Below are positions 18,487 through 28,071 of a stretch of DNA of 64,000 nucleotides, one piece after another. Where the stretch lies: assembly GCA_963744995.1 (NCBI GenBank), contig CAVUWA010000002.1:288001-352000 (forward strand), in the 5' to 3' direction. Origin of the DNA: Candidatus Eiseniibacteriota bacterium (lineage in GTDB: Bacteria; Eisenbacteria; RBG-16-71-46). Position 1 is the first letter of the stretch. Every line of letters begins with the position of its first letter. The translations under genes were made by a program, and so were the position numbers. A model generated the notes under the pieces. It was not told the origin of the DNA. It made no database searches and worked only from the letters and a program-made list of their open reading frames with translations.

Positions 18487-20955
18487 TCAGCGAAGGACGA
18501 CGACGCGACCCGTCACGATTCTCGTGCCATCGCTCAGCGTGACGAAGTAGACGCCGGGAGACACCCGCGTCCCCGCGGTGGTGCGCAGATCCCACCGCGC
18601 GCTCGCCGTCCCCGCCAGGACCTGCCGGATGTTCGGGCTCGCAACGCGACGACCGGAGAGATCGAAGACGCCGAGATCGGCTGCGGTCGCGGCCTCGAGC
18701 TGCAATTGCAGGCTTACCGACTCACGCGCCGGATTGGGCGTCACGGTCAACGCGGGCGGAGCGCCTCCGGGAGTCGTTCCGGACGGAACGGCGGCCGCTG
18801 CTGGCGTGCGGAGGTTGCGCAGAACCGTGACCTCGGCAGGGAATTCCCCCGACACCACGAGATCCGGAAAGCCGTCGCCGTCGGCATCTCCCAGTGAGAG
18901 GCGATGTGCGCCGTACGGCGGACCGTAGGCGTACGCGTCCTCGTGAAACGTTCCGTCGCCGTTGCCGAGCAGGATGGTGACGTAGGTCTCGCGGTCCGCT
19001 ACCGCGAGATCGAGGCGGCCGTCGCCATCGAGATCCGCACACTCCACCTGCTGGGCCGCGACCCCATAGAGCGGGGGATCCAGCGCGGTGAACGTCCCGT
19101 CGCCTGCGCCCAGGAATACGATCGGGGGATCGAGGGACAGACGCGCTCCCGCGCCCACGACGTCCAGGTCACCGTCCCCGTTCAGATCCCCGATGGCGAG
19201 GTCGATCATGTTTGTGCATACGCCGCTGCGCAGCACCGGGTCGAAGGTCCCGTTCCCGTGCCCGAGGAACACGTTGAGCCGATGGTCGCCCACGGCCGCG
19301 ACCATCAGGTCCGGAATCATGTCGCCGTTGAAGTCGGCCGACTTCACGTCGAGCGGCTGGCTGCCGGTCGCATAGGGCACGCCGGCGTCGAATGTGCCGT
19401 CACCGTGGCCGCGATGAACCCAAAGCTGGTCGTTGCCGAAACAGGTGGCGGCGAGATCGAGGCTGCCGTCGCCGTCGAAGTCGGCCAGGCATACCTCCTC
19501 GGGCAGACTTCCCGTGGCGAAGGAAGTGCGCGAGCCGAACGAGCCGTCACCCCGGCCCGGAAACACCGACAGGCTGTCGACGCCTCCGTCGGTCACGACG
19601 AGGTCCGGAACGCCGTCCCCGTCGACGTCGCCGGTCGCGAAGCGGGCGGGTGGCGCGCCGGTGGGAAGGTCGATACGCGCGTCGAAGCCGCCGGCCGACC
19701 GTCCCGGAAAGACGCTCACGACTTCCCAGGGCGTCGGCGACAGCGCGATGACGTCGCCGAGGCCGTCGCCCGTCAGGTCATTCAACCCTATCTGAAACAG
19801 CGGGCCGCCGGTGGCCAGGTTCGTCCCGCTGCCGAAGGTCCGGTCGCCGTTAGCGTGCAGGAACGCCACGTGTCCCGTGGCGTGTGCGGTGAGAAGGTCG
19901 GGGCGCCCGTCTTCGTCGAGGTCCGCCACGGCGACGCCGGACATCCAGCCGTCGGTGGGCGCGTCCAGAGCGGTGCCGAAGCCGCCACCCGCGAGCCCGG
20001 GCAGAACGGCCACACGGTTGCGCGTCGGTTGCGTCACCACGACATCCGGAAGCCCATCCGCGTCGACGTCCGCGACGACGATGCTGCTCGACGCCCCGGA
20101 TCCGCCATCGGCCGGCAGCGCGGTCCAGGCGCCGGATCCGAACGTCCCGTCACCTTTGCCGCGCAGAACGCGGAGGCTCGAGGCGCCGGTGAGGACGAGG
20201 TCATTCCATCCATCGTGATCGACGTCCATGACGACCACCGAATCGGGCGTGGTTCCTGCGGCCTGGATGACCGCAGCCTGAAAGGTTCCGTCGCCGTTAC
20301 CCCTGAACGTCGCGATGCCGTTCCAGGCCGGCAGCGTCACGACGAGATCCGGAATCGAGTCGGCATCGAGCGGCGCGATGGCGACTGCCCTGGGCGCCGT
20401 GGGCAGGGTCAGGTCCAATTCGGAGCCGAAAGTCGCGTCGCCCGCGCCGAGGCGCACCGAGATCACATTCGCCACGGTGCACGCCACGACGAGATCTTCC
20501 AGGCCGTCCGCGTCGAGGTCGCCGAGGTCGAACGTCCTCGCTCCAGGGGCCGTCGAGATCGACACGGGTGGATCGAACGAGCCGTCCCCGTGACCGGCGA
20601 GAAACGAGACACTGTTCGACCCGGCGTTGAGCACCATCAGGTCCACGTGGTCGTCCCCGTTGAGATCGCGCACGATCATTCCGCCGGGCGAGGGACCGGC
20701 CGCATACGTCGCAGCCGCCGCCAGCGTCCCGTCGCCGCTTCCGAGCGCGACCCGAATCCCGGACTGCGCGTCGCCAGCGGCGACGTCGAGGTGGCCATCC
20801 TCATCGAAGTCGGCCGCTGCCAGCGAGTGCAGGTTGCCGCCGAGGGGAACGGCCAGGTAGCTCGCTTCGAAGAGAGGCGCAGCGAACGCACGAACCGGCA
20901 CCGCTGCGATGAGGAGCATGGCGGCGGTCATGAACGCAGGGCGGAAACGGACCAT
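18487..20955 (-). CDS. Secreted FG-GAP/VCBS repeat beta-propeller protein with C-terminal T9SS-like domain
   Basis: Signal peptide; over a dozen DxDxDGxxD...GxGDGTF repeats; TPNPA...VFDLSGRRV...SPGVYFV. Confidence 0.9.
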   Translation of the reverse strand: MVRFRPAFMTAAMLLIAAVPVRAFAAPLFEASYLAVPLGGNLHSLAAADFDEDGHLDVAAGDAQSGIRVALGSGDGTLAAAATYAAGPSPGGMIVRDLNGDDHVDLMVLNAGSNSVSFLAGHGDGSFDPPVSISTAPGARTFDLGDLDADGLEDLVVACTVANVISVRLGAGDATFGSELDLTLPTAPRAVAIAPLDADSIPDLVVTLPAWNGIATFRGNGDGTFQAAVIQAAGTTPDSVVVMDVDHDGWNDLVLTGASSLRVLRGKGDGTFGSGAWTALPADGGSGASSSIVVADVDADGLPDVVVTQPTRNRVAVLPGLAGGGFGTALDAPTDGWMSGVAVADLDEDGRPDLLTAHATGHVAFLHANGDRTFGSGTNLATGGPLFQIGLNDLTGDGLGDVIALSPTPWEVVSVFPGRSAGGFDARIDLPTGAPPARFATGDVDGDGVPDLVVTDGGVDSLSVFPGRGDGSFGSRTSFATGSLPEEVCLADFDGDGSLDLAATCFGNDQLWVHRGHGDGTFDAGVPYATGSQPLDVKSADFNGDMIPDLMVAAVGDHRLNVFLGHGNGTFDPVLRSGVCTNMIDLAIGDLNGDGDLDVVGAGARLSLDPPIVFLGAGDGTFTALDPPLYGVAAQQVECADLDGDGRLDLAVADRETYVTILLGNGDGTFHEDAYAYGPPYGAHRLSLGDADGDGFPDLVVSGEFPAEVTVLRNLRTPAAAAVPSGTTPGGAPPALTVTPNPARESVSLQLQLEAATAADLGVFDLSGRRVASPNIRQVLAGTASARWDLRTTAGTRVSPGVYFVTLSDGTRIVTGRVVVLR

Positions 20956-21084
20956 GCGCAGGGTATCGGCCCGAGGGGCGGTCGACTCGAGACCCTTGAC
21001 CCCGGCGGAGCAGACCGGGCGGCGGCCGTGGGCCCGGCCCGCGCCTGCCGCCGGCGATGCCCGCGGAGCGGGATGCCGCGCGGG

Positions 21085-22428
21085 CTAGCCCCGTCGTCCC
21101 TTCAGAATCTTCACGAACGAGCGGCTGCGGAACTCCTCCAGCGTGAGCCCGGTTTCGAGCGCTTCGGCCTCGGTCACCGCACCGCACGCCATGCCGCGCA
21201 GGAAGTAGTTGAGCAGCCCCTGGCCGGTGGCGGCATCGTCGAAGATGTCGCCGAGCAGCGTCGCCTGTGCGGCGCGGTCCATGAACGCGCGCAGCCGGGC
21301 CGCGGCATCCTCGCGGCTCTCGAGGAAGAACGAGAACACGGCGGCGTAGCGCGTGGGCAGCTGTCCCGGGTTCAGGTCCCAGCCCTGGTAGTAGGCGTGG
21401 GAGAGCGAGCGGCGCACGTCGTCGTAGTGGATCTTCCACGCGCGGTGGACGGCGCGGGTGTTCTCGGCCTGCTGTGCCGCCGTGAGCGGGCTGCCGGGCG
21501 TCTCGCGGTGCGGGCCGACCGGCATCACCGTGGTGGCGCCGTCCGAGAGCACGACGCCGGTGCCGGCGAGCGACACCTGCATGACATGGCGCGCGAAGTC
21601 GCACGCGGGGTGCGACGGCTGCTGGTGCGCCGCGGTGATGCTCAGGCCGGCCGTGTAGTCGTAGGTGCCGAAGTGCGCGCCGCGGCAGCGGCCGCGCGCC
21701 GCGGCGACGAGGCTCGGAATCGAAACGGTGCCGTCGGGCGCGAAGATCGAGTGCGGCGTCTCGATCATCAGCTCGATGATCAGCGAGCCGGGTTTCATCT
21801 TCGCGTCGCGCTCGAACAGCTCCAGCACGTCGGTGAACGCGGCGACCTGCTCGATGCGCGTGATCTTGGGCAGGGTGATCGCGAAACCCCCGGGCAGCCG
21901 GCCGCCGGTCTCGTCGAGCAGCGTGCCGAGGAACAGGTCGAGCGTGCGCACGCTGCGCACCCGCAGCTCCTCGCTGAGCGGCTTCACGCGGATCCCGATG
22001 AACGGCGGCAGGGCGCCGTCCTTCATTCCGGCCGCGACCTCGGCCGCCGCCGAGCGCGCGTGGCCATCCTCCTCCGCATCGGGGCGATTACCGTAGCCGT
22101 CCTCGAAGTCGAGCCGGAAGTCTTCGATCGGCTCGCGCGCCAGCTTCTCCCGCACGCGCGGATGCACGAGCGCCGCGAGTTCGGGCGGCATGCCGAGCGC
22201 GGCGGCGAGCGCGGCCGGGTCGGGGGCGCAGGCGTCGAACATCCCGAGCGCGATCGCGCCCAGCTTCCGCACGGTGTCGGCCCGGAACAGGTGGGCACCG
22301 CCGTAGACGGTGTGCACCGGCTGGCGGTCGGCGCGCTCGCCGGGGTAGGCTTCCGCGAATTCCAGATTGGCTGCGCTCAGGCGGGAGAGCACTTCGCGCA
22401 GCGCGTCTTCTCTCAAGACCATCGACAT
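21085..22428 (-). CDS. HpcH/HpaI aldolase-citrate lyase-like TIM barrel protein (DUF6986-like)
   Basis: RQPVHTVYGGAHLF, DFRLDFEDGYG, TLPK, ELMIET, HFGTYDYTA, SDGAT, QGWDLNPGQL; GGGAG SD. Confidence 0.8.
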   Translation of the reverse strand: MSMVLREDALREVLSRLSAANLEFAEAYPGERADRQPVHTVYGGAHLFRADTVRKLGAIALGMFDACAPDPAALAAALGMPPELAALVHPRVREKLAREPIEDFRLDFEDGYGNRPDAEEDGHARSAAAEVAAGMKDGALPPFIGIRVKPLSEELRVRSVRTLDLFLGTLLDETGGRLPGGFAITLPKITRIEQVAAFTDVLELFERDAKMKPGSLIIELMIETPHSIFAPDGTVSIPSLVAAARGRCRGAHFGTYDYTAGLSITAAHQQPSHPACDFARHVMQVSLAGTGVVLSDGATTVMPVGPHRETPGSPLTAAQQAENTRAVHRAWKIHYDDVRRSLSHAYYQGWDLNPGQLPTRYAAVFSFFLESREDAAARLRAFMDRAAQATLLGDIFDDAATGQGLLNYFLRGMACGAVTEAEALETGLTLEEFRSRSFVKILKGRRG

Positions 22429-22443
22429 GAAGGACTCCCGAAC

Positions 22444-23268
22444 ATGAGCGATTCTTCGGCGGGCGCGGGCTCGCAATCGATCCTGCTGGTCAGGAGTCGC
22501 GCCGTGGTCGCGCGAAATTACGCGATCCTCCCGCCGGAGGGAATCCCCGCGGCGCCGGTGCCCGGCTGGACCGACGTGGACGCCCGCATCCTGTGCGCGC
22601 CGGCGCTGGGCGCCGGATTCTCGATGATCCTGCTCGACGTTCCCGCCGACCGCGGCGCCTCGCAGTCGCTGCCGGCGGACGTGCAGGGCTTCCTGTTCGT
22701 CGTCGACGGGCACCTGCAGCTCATCGTGAACGAGGCGGCCGTGGAGCTCGGCAGGGGAGGCTACGCCTACCTGCCGCCGGCGACGGAGTTTTCGGCGAAG
22801 GCGGTGGGCGGCACGGCGCGCGTGCTGTGGACCCGCAAGCGCTATGAGGCGCTCAGCGACGAGCGGCCGCGCGCCGTGATCGGCGACGAAACGAAGATGC
22901 CCGGCGAGACGTGGCTCTTCGGCAGCGGCAACCCGCTGCTCCCCGACACCGCGGTGCCGGTCGAGGGCGCGATCCTCAAGATGCTGCTGCCCGACGAGAT
23001 GGTCTACGACATGGCCATGAACATCTTCACGTTCCAGCCCGGCCGCGGGCTGCCGGTCACCGAAACCCATGTCATGGAACACGGCCTGCTGTTCCTCGAG
23101 GGGCAGGGGATGTACCTGCTCGGCGATACATGGTACGAAGTGCACGAGGGCGACTTCATCTGGATGGGCCCGTACGTGCCCCAGTCGTTCTACGCCACCG
23201 GATCGGGCGCCGCCCGCTACCTCTATTACAAGAACGTGCACCGCGACATCCGCCTTCGGAGTGACTGA
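22444..23268 (+). CDS. allE: (S)-ureidoglycine aminohydrolase (bicupin)
   Basis: RSRAV..NYAILPPEG, GGYAYLPP, DMAMNIFTFQPG..LPVTETHVMEHGL, GDFIWMGPYVPQ, YLYYKNVHR. Confidence 0.9.
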   Translation: MSDSSAGAGSQSILLVRSRAVVARNYAILPPEGIPAAPVPGWTDVDARILCAPALGAGFSMILLDVPADRGASQSLPADVQGFLFVVDGHLQLIVNEAAVELGRGGYAYLPPATEFSAKAVGGTARVLWTRKRYEALSDERPRAVIGDETKMPGETWLFGSGNPLLPDTAVPVEGAILKMLLPDEMVYDMAMNIFTFQPGRGLPVTETHVMEHGLLFLEGQGMYLLGDTWYEVHEGDFIWMGPYVPQSFYATGSGAARYLYYKNVHRDIRLRSD

Positions 23269-23274
23269 CCTTTC

Positions 23275-24386
<1,112 letters not shown>

Positions 24387-24390
<4 letters not shown>

Positions 24391-25412
24391 ATCGCCCCGC
24401 AATCGCCGTGATGCTCGGACTGCTGGTCTGCGCGTCGCAGGCCCAGGCCGAACCCGACACCACCCGCACGATGCCCGGCCCGTGGGAGTACGGCGCCAGC
24501 GTCGCGCTCAACCTGTCGCAGAGCGCCTACAGCAGCAACTGGAACGGCGGCGACAAGGGCTCGATCAACTGGGTGCTGCAGGGGGACGCCAAGGCGGAGC
24601 GCCAGATGTCCCGATGGTTCCACCTCTCCAACACCCTGCAGTTGAGCTACGGGCAGACGGCGAAGCAGGTGGACGATCCCGAGAATCCGAACCGCATCGT
24701 GTTCGACCGGCCGGAGAAGACCACCGATCTGATCCTGCTCGAGTCCACCGGCCGCTTCACGCTCGATACCTGGGTAGACCCGTTCGTCGGCCTGCGCCTG
24801 GAATCGCAGTTCAGCGACCAGACGGACCCGCGCGCGAGCATTCCGTTCAACCCGCTGCGCCTGACCCAGACGGCCGGCGCGGCGCGGGTGCTGGTCAAGG
24901 ACGAGAACCGCGAATGGCTCACCCGCCTGGGCTTCAGCCTGCGCGAGACCTTCTCGCGCGCGTTCGCGGACACGGTGGGGCTCGGCAAGGGCAGCTCGAC
25001 CTCGATCGACGGCGGGGTCGAGTGGCTCTCCACGGTCCAGCAGCCGCTGGCCGGGAAGCGGATCCTCTACAAGGGGCGGCTGCTGGTGTTCGTTCCGCTG
25101 TTCTTCGACCACGCCGGACGGCTCGAGACCTTCGACATGCGGGCCATCGCGCTGGATCCGGGCCGCGAAGAGGTGCAGGACTTCTGGAAGGCGCCGAACG
25201 TGAACTTCCAGAATACGTTCACGGCGCCGCTCACCGATCACCTGAACGTCAACCTCTACGTGCAGTGGATCTATCAGAAGTTCGACCAGTCGGTGAACGT
25301 CGACCTGGACAAGCCCATCGCCGATCTGATTCCGATCGTGGACGGTGCGATCCGCAAGGCGGGTCAGTTCAAGCAGACCCTGGCGATCGGACTCACCTAC
25401 ACGCTGTTCTAG
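24387..25412 (+). CDS. Outer-membrane beta-barrel protein (DUF3078-like)
   Basis: Signal peptide, LNLSQSAYSSNW.GG, alternating beta-strands, terminal GLTYTLF; ATGA overlap with the upstream gene. Confidence 0.75.
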
Positions 25413-25688
25413 TCCGCACGGCCCGCGCGCCCGGCGCCGGCCAGGCCCGCACGGGCCGGCCCCGGTTGCGCCCGCCGGGGCGTGGCCATGCGGGGGCGGG
25501 CACGGCCGCCCGGCCCCGCGCGCGCCGCGCGCCCCGCAGCGGTTCGTTCGAGCGACCCGGCATCCCGGCACCTTCCCTCTACGTGCGTTTCGCAGAGCCG
25601 ATTACGCGGATCCGCAGCATTGCCGGGATGTCGAAATCGCCGCGCTCGTCGTGTGTTCACGGAAATCGTTGACTTCAAGGAATGGTCA

Positions 25689-25702
25689 TGTAATCGTTTT
25701 CA
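25689..25702. promoter_or_regulatory. LacI-family operator-like palindrome
   Basis: TGTAATCGTTTTCA fits the TGWAANCGNTTWCA LacI/CcpA-type consensus. It lies in an AT-rich patch beside TTGACT (25669), upstream of a locus with a LacI gene. Confidence 0.65.
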
Positions 25703-25874
25703 CGCGGTTCAGGACACGCGGCCGGCAGGCGGCCCGTGCCCTGGCGCAAAACGCCGGAAGTCCGGCGCGGACCCCCGAACGCACGGATGCTTCGTCGTCG
25801 TCCCCCCCGGTTTCCTCCGGATCCGCCCATTGCTTCTCAGGTCCACCACCCTCCAACAAGGAGAACGGCTCACC

Positions 25875-26696
25875 ATGAAGCGGATCGGTTACTCCCTTGC
25901 GTGTCTCACCAGCCTCGCGATTCTCGCGTTGACCGCGACGGTCGCCTCAGCCGTCCCCGGCGTGAACAGCGCGATCATCAACGAGCGCATCTTCAACGAT
26001 TGTCCGAACTCCACGCTGACCACCAACAACGCCTATCCGGCCAGCATCTTCATCGGCGACGCTCCCGACGCGCAGTGCGTCATCGACAATGCGGGTGCGT
26101 TCGCCAACCTGCACAACTGGCGCTTCTCGGAAGACGGCGCGAATCCCGCGCTGTTCATGAACTCGGATCTGTTCCGCTTCAGCGCGGATCTCGTGATCGA
26201 CGGGCCCGGCCAGTGCGAATCGGGTCTGCAGATCTCGCCGTGGTGGTCGCCGGACGTCGAAGGCCGGCTCAACGTGCGCACGACGGACGGCGAAATCGCC
26301 ATGTTCGGCGGCTTCCTCCCGTTCTTCAGCTTTACGGCGAACTACGGGCTCTTCTACCAGAAGGGCCAGACCATCCACATCGAGTTCAACTACACGCCGA
26401 ATTCCAATACGGAAGCGGATCCGGCGACGCTCGAGTGCAAGATCACATACGGTGGCAACCTCTATACGAGCGGTGCCCTGCCGTTCAACAACAACAACCC
26501 GAACGACCCGCCGCAGTACGGCTACTTCGGCATCGGCAACGACTCGCAGGCTGGCGGCCACATTCAGTGCCTGTGGCAGCCCGGTCAGTTCCAGGAAGTG
26601 AACGCGACCTGGTCGAACATCTCGTTCTCGCCGGATGCCAAGCCGACGGCCGCCGAGCCGACGACCTGGGGCCGTATCAAGACGATGTACCGGTAA
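25875..26696 (+). CDS. Secreted beta-rich hypothetical protein with C-terminal TWGRIK motif
   Basis: AAGGAGA SD; signal MKRIGYSLACLTSLAILALTATVASA; ends PTAAEPTTWGRIKTMYR. Confidence 0.85.
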   Translation: MKRIGYSLACLTSLAILALTATVASAVPGVNSAIINERIFNDCPNSTLTTNNAYPASIFIGDAPDAQCVIDNAGAFANLHNWRFSEDGANPALFMNSDLFRFSADLVIDGPGQCESGLQISPWWSPDVEGRLNVRTTDGEIAMFGGFLPFFSFTANYGLFYQKGQTIHIEFNYTPNSNTEADPATLECKITYGGNLYTSGALPFNNNNPNDPPQYGYFGIGNDSQAGGHIQCLWQPGQFQEVNATWSNISFSPDAKPTAAEPTTWGRIKTMYR

Positions 26697-26802
26697 TGAG
26701 CCGGCGGCACGGCGCGCACCTGCCGTGTCGCGATGCAGCATGGCGGGCCGACGCGCGGACCACGGCGCGCGGCCCGCTTCTCTTGACGAACGGAGCCCGC
26801 GG

Positions 26803-28071
26803 ATGAAGAAGCCACTGAGGCGAGCCGAGCGACCCGGAAAACCCGCGCAGGCGACGCCTCACCGCGGGAAGCCGGCCGGCGTGGCGGCCCGTGCCGCGCG
26901 CCGCGCGCCCTCGACGCTGCGGGCCTCGCACTCGGGGGTGGCGACGATCCGCGACGTCGCCCGTGAAGCGGGCGTGTCGGTCGCCACGGTGTCGCGCGTG
27001 CTGAACGGCAGTGCACCGGTGCGGGAAGACACGGATCGGCAGGTGCGCACGGCGGCGCAGCGGCTGAACTACTGGCCGAACGGCGCGGCGCGGAGCCTGA
27101 TCACCAACCGGACCCACACGATCGGCGTGCTGCTGCCCGATCTGCACGGCGAGTTCTTTTCCGAGGTGATCCGCGGCATCGACCTGGCCTCGCGCCGTTA
27201 CGGGTTGCACCTGCTGGTGTCGAGCTCGCATGCGGCGACCGACGAGCTGGTCGCGGCGCTGCGCACGATGCGCGGGCGAATCGACGGACTGATGGTGATG
27301 GCGCCGGAAGTAGCGGGTCCACGGCTCGTGCGCGAGTGTGCGCTCGGGGCGCCGACGGTGCTCCTCAATCCGGGCCGGGCGGTGAAGGGCTGTGATTCGA
27401 TCTCGATCGCGAACTTCGAAGGCGCCCACGAGATCGTGCGACACCTGATCGCGCTCGGACACCGGCGCATCGCGGTCGTTCGCGGGCCCGAAGGCAACAC
27501 CGATGCGGATCAGCGCGTGGCGGGCTACCGCGCCGCTCTGGCGGAGTCCGGCGTTTCGATTCCGCACGAGTACGAGCTGCCGGGCGACTTCCACGAGCCT
27601 TCGGGGTACGAGGCCGGCAGACGGATCCTCGCCCTGCGGCGGCGCCCGACGGCGATCTTCGTCACCAACGACCGGATGGCCGTTGGCGTGCTCGGCGCGC
27701 TCGGCGACGCGGGGGTGTCGGTGCCGGGTGACATCGCGCTTGCGGGCTTCGACGACATCGAAGTGTCTCAATACCTCAATCCGCCGCTGACCACCGTGCA
27801 CGTGGACGCGTTTCGCCTCGGCGAGCGCGCTTTCGAACGGCTCATGCAGCGGATCGATCCGGACCAGGACCACGGCGATGCGCACGAAATCCTGCCGACT
27901 ACGCTGGTCGTGCGGGCCTCGTGCGGCGCGCGCAGCCGCTCGGCGGCCGGTGCGCGCGTGCATCGCAGCGAAATCGCGGCCGGGGGCGCGCAGGCGTCGC
28001 CCGCCCGTACGGCAAAAGACACCGGCTTCCCTGGACGCAACGGGAAGGCCCAGAAGGGAGCAGATCGATGA
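26803..28071 (+). CDS. LacI family transcriptional regulator
   Basis: TIRDVAREAGVSVATVSRVLN HTH, ARSL hinge, GFDD, PPLTTV. Alternative GTG start at 26938. Confidence 0.95.
   Translation: MKKPLRRAERPGKPAQATPHRGKPAGVAARAARRAPSTLRASHSGVATIRDVAREAGVSVATVSRVLNGSAPVREDTDRQVRTAAQRLNYWPNGAARSLITNRTHTIGVLLPDLHGEFFSEVIRGIDLASRRYGLHLLVSSSHAATDELVAALRTMRGRIDGLMVMAPEVAGPRLVRECALGAPTVLLNPGRAVKGCDSISIANFEGAHEIVRHLIALGHRRIAVVRGPEGNTDADQRVAGYRAALAESGVSIPHEYELPGDFHEPSGYEAGRRILALRRRPTAIFVTNDRMAVGVLGALGDAGVSVPGDIALAGFDDIEVSQYLNPPLTTVHVDAFRLGERAFERLMQRIDPDQDHGDAHEILPTTLVVRASCGARSRSAAGARVHRSEIAAGGAQASPARTAKDTGFPGRNGKAQKGADR

Noticed and set aside
18750..20850. Periodic repeats that might suggest a CRISPR array or tandem DNA repeat
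   Set aside because: They are degenerate protein-level FG-GAP repeats within one ORF. There are no identical direct repeats with spacers and no cas genes.
18904..22443. N-terminal ~1180 aa of the 1454-aa ORF on +
   Set aside because: It is the antisense shadow of the FG-GAP and TIM-barrel genes. Only the part from ATG 22444 (allE) has recognisable motifs.
25413..25560. GC-rich quasi-palindromic intergenic stretch as an ncRNA or REP element
   Set aside because: Low-complexity G/C sequence pairs by chance, and no second copy or recognisable RNA motif was found.
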